A stretch of 64,000 bases of DNA. Origin: Bacteroidales bacterium. GTDB lineage: Bacteria; Bacteroidota; Bacteroidia; Bacteroidales; JAADJA01. The notes beneath the pieces are model-generated. The model did not search any database. It saw only the letters and a list, made by a program, of their open reading frames with translations, and was not told the DNA's origin. Made by a program: the position numbers and the translations under genes. Below are positions 60,377 to 64,000 of this stretch, one piece after another; the stretch's first letter is position 1, and every line of letters starts with the position of its first letter. The stretch spans positions 54,284 to 118,283 of the forward strand of contig JADHVR010000001.1 in NCBI GenBank assembly GCA_016783885.1, given 5' to 3'.

Positions 60377-61915
60377 ATGAGCATGAAAAAATGTATCCTT
60401 TCCGTGATTGTTTTCCTGGCTTTATTATGTACAGATTGTTCGGCACAGGAGAGCAAAGAAAAAAGCCAGTCAAACCAGCAGATCTATAACCGCCAGCCTG
60501 CCGTTGCCGGACAGTTTTATCCTGCTGATAAGAATGAATTGGAAAAAATGCTGGGCAATCTGTTTTCGCAAGCTGAAACAAAAAAGAAAGAAAATGTGCT
60601 TGCCGTTATTTCGCCTCATGCAGGCTATGTGTTTTCGGGTGAGGTTGCTGCTTCAGGTTTAAACCAGATTGACCCGGAAAAATCTTATGAAAATATTTTT
60701 GTGATTGCTTCGAGCCACAGAGCATATTACGAAGGAGCTTCGATTTATTACCTCGGAAATTATATTACTCCGCTTGGAGAGGTTAAAGTTAATATTGACC
60801 TTGCAAAACAACTTGCCGAAAAAAATAAGGTTTTTTCTTATGTGCCCAAAGCCCATATATCTGAACACAGCATCGAAGTTCAACTTCCGATGTTACAATA
60901 CAAAATGAAAAAGGATTTTCAGATTGTGCCAATCGTTATAGGAACGCAATCGCAGAAGGTTTGCAGGGAAATGGCTGAAATACTGAAACCTTATTTTAAA
61001 AAGAATAACCTTTTTGTGATAAGTTCTGATTTTTCGCATTATCCGCCTTATGAAGATGCCAATAAACTGGATATAGAAACTGCCGAAGCAATTATATTAA
61101 ATAATCCTGACGAGTTTATTAAAGTTATAAATGATAAGAAAAATGCCAGGGTTCCGGATTTATCAACACGTGCCTGCGGCTGGACCTCCGTGCTTACATT
61201 ATTATATATAACCGAAAACAATCTGGATGTTGAATATGCCTTTATTCAATACATGAATTCGGGTGATATGGATTTTGGTGATAAAAGCAGGGTAGTAGGT
61301 TATAATTCAATTGTAGTTAGTGAAAAGAAAGGTTCCGTTGAAAATACTGAATTCCGGCTTACTGATAAAGACAAAAAAGATTTGCTCGAAATTGCACGGA
61401 CAACTATTGTTGAATACATTTCAAACAATGAAGTTCCGAAACTAAATTCCGGCGATTACTCCGATAACCTTAAAGTGCATTGCGGCGCTTTTGTAACTTT
61501 GAATAAAAACCACAGCTTGCGCGGGTGTATCGGAAGGTTTATAGCCGATGAGCCTTTGTATAAAGTTATTCAGCAGATGGCTGTTGCATCTTCTACACAA
61601 GATACACGTTTCCTGCCGGTAAAGAAAGAGGAAATTAACGACATTGAAATTGAGATTTCTGTTCTGACCCCCATGATAAAAATCGAATCGATTAACGAAA
61701 TTGAGTTGGGTAAACATGGGATTTATATTAAAAAAGGATACAGGTCAGGGACTTTCCTTCCACAGGTTGCCACTGAAACGGGGTGGAATTTAGAAGAGTT
61801 CTTAGGGCATTGTGCAAGAGATAAAGCCGGAATTGGATGGGAAGGATGGAAGGATGCCGATGTCTATATTTATGAAGCTAATGTGTTTATAGAGGAAGAT
61901 TTTAAGGAAAAATGA
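60377..61915 (+). CDS. Fused AmmeMemoRadiSam protein B (MEMO1-like) and protein A (AMMECR1) with an N-terminal signal peptide
   Basis: 512 aa. Signal MSMKKCILSVIVFLALLCTDCSAQ. MEMO part VAGQFYPADKNELEKML...VISPHAGYVFSG. AMMECR1 part GAFVTLNKNHSLRGCIGRF...GTFLPQV. Confidence 0.85.
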   Translation: MSMKKCILSVIVFLALLCTDCSAQESKEKSQSNQQIYNRQPAVAGQFYPADKNELEKMLGNLFSQAETKKKENVLAVISPHAGYVFSGEVAASGLNQIDPEKSYENIFVIASSHRAYYEGASIYYLGNYITPLGEVKVNIDLAKQLAEKNKVFSYVPKAHISEHSIEVQLPMLQYKMKKDFQIVPIVIGTQSQKVCREMAEILKPYFKKNNLFVISSDFSHYPPYEDANKLDIETAEAIILNNPDEFIKVINDKKNARVPDLSTRACGWTSVLTLLYITENNLDVEYAFIQYMNSGDMDFGDKSRVVGYNSIVVSEKKGSVENTEFRLTDKDKKDLLEIARTTIVEYISNNEVPKLNSGDYSDNLKVHCGAFVTLNKNHSLRGCIGRFIADEPLYKVIQQMAVASSTQDTRFLPVKKEEINDIEIEISVLTPMIKIESINEIELGKHGIYIKKGYRSGTFLPQVATETGWNLEEFLGHCARDKAGIGWEGWKDADVYIYEANVFIEEDFKEK

Positions 61916-62130
61916 AATTCCGTAGAAATACAATAAAAATATTGATGTTATTGTTCTATCCATACGGACTTCCTTCGGTCGTTGTTCTATTGTTTCATTC
62001 GAATAGTGTCTGTCTATTATATTAATGTATAATGATAGCAACTTGTAAAATCAAAAAAATAAATACCATAACTCCCACTTTTCAAAAAAATTGGTTTTTG
62101 TGCCGAATATTTCGGTACGGTTTATCCGGG

Positions 62131-62301
62131 TTATGTTTGACTATCAATTCTATTATTTAATTCTTTCTCTTTATTTTTCAGAATTATTAGTTCTTTTTCT
62201 TCATTTTTCGACAACTTGCTTCGCTCTTGTTTTGTCTCCAGTTCTATTATCTTCATCGAAATATCATAACGTTGTTTTTTAAGCTTATCAATTTTTTTCA
62301 T
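62131..62301 (-). CDS. Possible small coiled-coil protein (56 aa), below the ORF-track size cutoff
   Basis: MKKIDKLKKQRYDISMKIIELETKQERSKLSKNEEKELIILKNKEKELNNRIDSQT*. ATG start. The hairpin GTGCCGAA-tat-TTCGGTAC at 62100-62118 lies just downstream. Confidence 0.3.
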   Translation of the reverse strand: MKKIDKLKKQRYDISMKIIELETKQERSKLSKNEEKELIILKNKEKELNNRIDSQT

Positions 62302-62436
62302 GGGTCAAAAAGGTATTTAAAACATAAAAATCTGTTATACAGCGTAAAATTAATTTATTTTTTGTCTTTATATTAATTTATTTTTGTACATTTACAGTTT
62401 TTTAAATCAAACTTCTAATACCGAAAACTAAATATT

Positions 62437-62664
62437 ATGATAATAGCAATTATCTTAATTGTATTATTATTCTACGCAGGCTTTATTATTGTAAATATTT
62501 TAAGAACCGAAAATAAAAGAAAAAATTTGAGAGTGGGTGAAGTTTGTAAAGTATATCTTGGTGAAAATAAACTAACTGGTTTTATAATGAAAGTTAATTC
62601 GGAAGTGGATGTTTTGGTAATAAACAAAGTTTTCAGATTCTCCAGGGACCAGATATACGCATGA
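62437..62664 (+). CDS. Hypothetical small membrane protein
   Basis: 75 aa. N-terminal TM MIIAIILIVLLFYAGFIIVNIL. No recognisable domain. Confidence 0.3.
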   Translation: MIIAIILIVLLFYAGFIIVNILRTENKRKNLRVGEVCKVYLGENKLTGFIMKVNSEVDVLVINKVFRFSRDQIYA

Positions 62665-63016
62665 GAAAGACTTAAACTCAACTTTCGCAGTTTATTATAT
62701 AAGCATTTCGTATTATACATCCAATATCCTGAATAAGCATTATTAATGGCAGTCTGTGCAAAAACCACTATTGTTTTTTAATAGGGATTTTAAACCGACA
62801 CTGAACAAATACACATACGATAATCGGGTATTCGCCAATCGAATTTTCATCAATTATTTGTTCCCTTTTCATATTTAACCATATTCATCGAATAACATCT
62901 AATTCTCTGGTGAATATACTCTTACCTTTAATTCTCCTCTCGCTATAATTTGTTAATAAAATTTAATCCCTGAATCGTATAACAAATCTGTAAAAAAGGA
63001 GTTATTTCAATACTAT

Positions 63017-63061
63017 GTGGGAAAAAGTGGAAAAAGTTGTTAACAGGTGGTAAAATGTGGG
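63017..63061 (+). promoter_or_regulatory. MraZ operator-like array: GTGG boxes phased at 10 bp
   Basis: GTGGG at 63017, GTGGA at 63027, a degenerate slot at 63037 (TTGTT), GTGGT at 63047 and GTGGG at 63057. The last box lies 40 nt upstream of the mraZ ATG. Confidence 0.6.
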
Positions 63062-63100
63062 AATTTTTTTATAGTTTTACACCTTGAAATTTTTTTTCGT

Positions 63101-63571
63101 ATGACTAACCTGACTTATACTTATGAATGTAAAGCCGATTCAAAAGGCAGAGTGATGCTTCCGGCAGGATTAAAAAAGGAACTACTGCCTGTTTTGAATG
63201 ATGGGTTTGTTATTAAAAAAAGTGTTTTTTACCGTTGCCTTGAACTGTATCCGAATGCTGAATGGGTAGAGGAAATGGCAGGTATTGATAAACTGAACAG
63301 GTTTGTAAAGAAAAATATTGATTTCATCAGGAGATTCATGGCAGGAGTAAAACCGGTTGTTCTTGACGGCAATGGAAGACTGCTTATCCCGAAAGACTTG
63401 ATGGGATATGCTAAAATTGAAAAAAATATCGTGCTGACATCACAAATAAACAAAATAGAAATTTGGGACAAAGACAGCTATGAAAAAGTTATTGGTGATA
63501 AAGAAATAGATTTCGGAACCCTTGCTGAAGATGTTATGGGAGGGAAAGATAATGCAGAACATAGCCATTAA
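63101..63571 (+). CDS. mraZ: Transcriptional regulator MraZ
   Basis: The ATG at 63101 (MTNLTYTYECKADSKGRVMLPAGLKKEL) is preferred, since the tracked GTG at 63047 lies inside the operator boxes. Two SpoVT-AbrB-like halves (DSKGRVMLP and DGNGRLLIP). Confidence 0.9.
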   Translation: MTNLTYTYECKADSKGRVMLPAGLKKELLPVLNDGFVIKKSVFYRCLELYPNAEWVEEMAGIDKLNRFVKKNIDFIRRFMAGVKPVVLDGNGRLLIPKDLMGYAKIEKNIVLTSQINKIEIWDKDSYEKVIGDKEIDFGTLAEDVMGGKDNAEHSH

Positions 63572-63573
63572 TA

Positions 63574-63758
63574 GTCATTCAGTAGTCATTCGATGGTCAT
63601 TGGTTCAATGGTTGTTTTTAAATTGTTTGTAGTTATTGATCAAATAAAGTGCAAATCGCTAACTAAGATTGACACGAATTAAATAAAAGCAGACCATGAA
63701 TGACAGCGAAGCAAATGACAACAAATGACGCGAAGCAAATGACAACGAAGCAAATGAC
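63574..63758. repeat. Second GTCATT/AATGAC hexamer-array element, in the mraZ-rsmH spacer
   Basis: GTCATT at 63574, 63585 and 63596 (11-nt phase), then TCAATGGTTG. AATGAC at 63699, 63714, 63724, 63738 and 63753 (spacings 15/10/14/15). Confidence 0.8.
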
Positions 63759-63765
63759 TTAAAAA

Positions 63766-64000
63766 ATGTACCACGAGCCGGTTTTATTAACAGAAAGCAT
63801 TGAAGGATTAAATATAAAAGAAGGCGGTATATATGTAGATGCAACTTATGGCGGAGGTGGACATTCACTTGAAATCTTAAAAAACATCGGAAAAGGTTCT
63901 TTGATAGCATTCGACCAGGATGATGATGCCCTGAAAAACAAAGCAGACGATGACAGGCTGATTCTAATCAATCAGAATTTCAGGTATATGCGGAATTTCC
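63766..64000 (+). CDS. rsmH: 16S rRNA (cytosine1402-N4)-methyltransferase RsmH, N-terminal part (runs off the window end)
   Basis: Absent from the ORF track because there is no stop. Reads [56 protein letters not shown]... and follows mraZ. Confidence 0.85.
   Translation, partial: MYHEPVLLTESIEGLNIKEGGIYVDATYGGGGHSLEILKNIGKGSLIAFDQDDDALKNKADDDRLILINQNFRYMRNF

Noticed and set aside
60375-60662. 68-aa minus-strand and 84-aa plus-strand ORFs overlapping the 5' end of the MEMO-AMMECR1 gene
   Set aside because: They are out of frame or antisense to a gene with clear domain content, and no independent support exists.
62091-62282. 63-aa plus-strand ORF in the 61.9-62.4 kb gap
   Set aside because: It has a non-ATG (TTG) start in T-rich sequence and a Phe/Leu/Ser-rich translation. 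The opposite-strand 56-aa ORF with a proper ATG is the more plausible, though still uncertain, coding frame.
63047-63100. GTG start extending MraZ by 18 aa (MVKCGNFFIVLHLEIFFR)
   Set aside because: The extension overlaps the phased GTGG operator boxes and the likely promoter. Canonical MraZ N-termini begin close to the xxDxKGRxxxP motif, which fits the ATG at 63101.

Overview
AT-rich Bacteroidota-type chromosomal segment. The phylum call rests on the rpsU / xerC-D / hpf / tRNA-Thr-Tyr-Gly-Thr / tuf / tRNA-Trp / secE / nusG / rplKAJL / rpoBC gene order, a T9SS C-terminal sorting domain, the Na+-NQR operon and TAnnTTTG-type promoter boxes. The core, about 19.2-49.5 kb, is housekeeping: tsf, rpsB, rpsI, rplM, an M20 amidohydrolase, nqrABCDEF plus apbE, DUF3467, the ribosomal protein and RNA polymerase genes, 6 tRNAs and DPP-IV. 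The left flank (1-19 kb) is envelope and accessory: polysaccharide genes, a PnuC salvage operon, a tail-fibre-like repeat protein with a decayed paralogue, an ECF sigma trio, GH16, a metallophosphoesterase, a frameshifted GT-C-like membrane protein, a fused AccA-AccD carboxyltransferase bracketed by direct repeats, and an exported CN-hydrolase. The right flank (49.5-64 kb) holds the most interesting material. First, an ECF sigma, a TPR anti-sigma, a membrane-anchored TPR-CHAT protease, a T9SS cohesin/dockerin-like cargo and an orphan histidine kinase are linked by a 36-nt promoter-like motif present three times. Second, an AmmeMemoRadiSam set whose radical SAM and MEMO-AMMECR1 proteins both carry export signals flanks a polytopic spermidine-synthase-like protein. 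Third, the start of the dcw cluster (mraZ, rsmH) has phased GTGG operator boxes. Intergenic spacers carry unusual GTCATT/AATGAC hexamer arrays and short CCCG..CGGG palindromes. No CRISPR array, rRNA or clear transposase was seen. All calls come from reading the sequence and ORF translations by eye, with no database searches.
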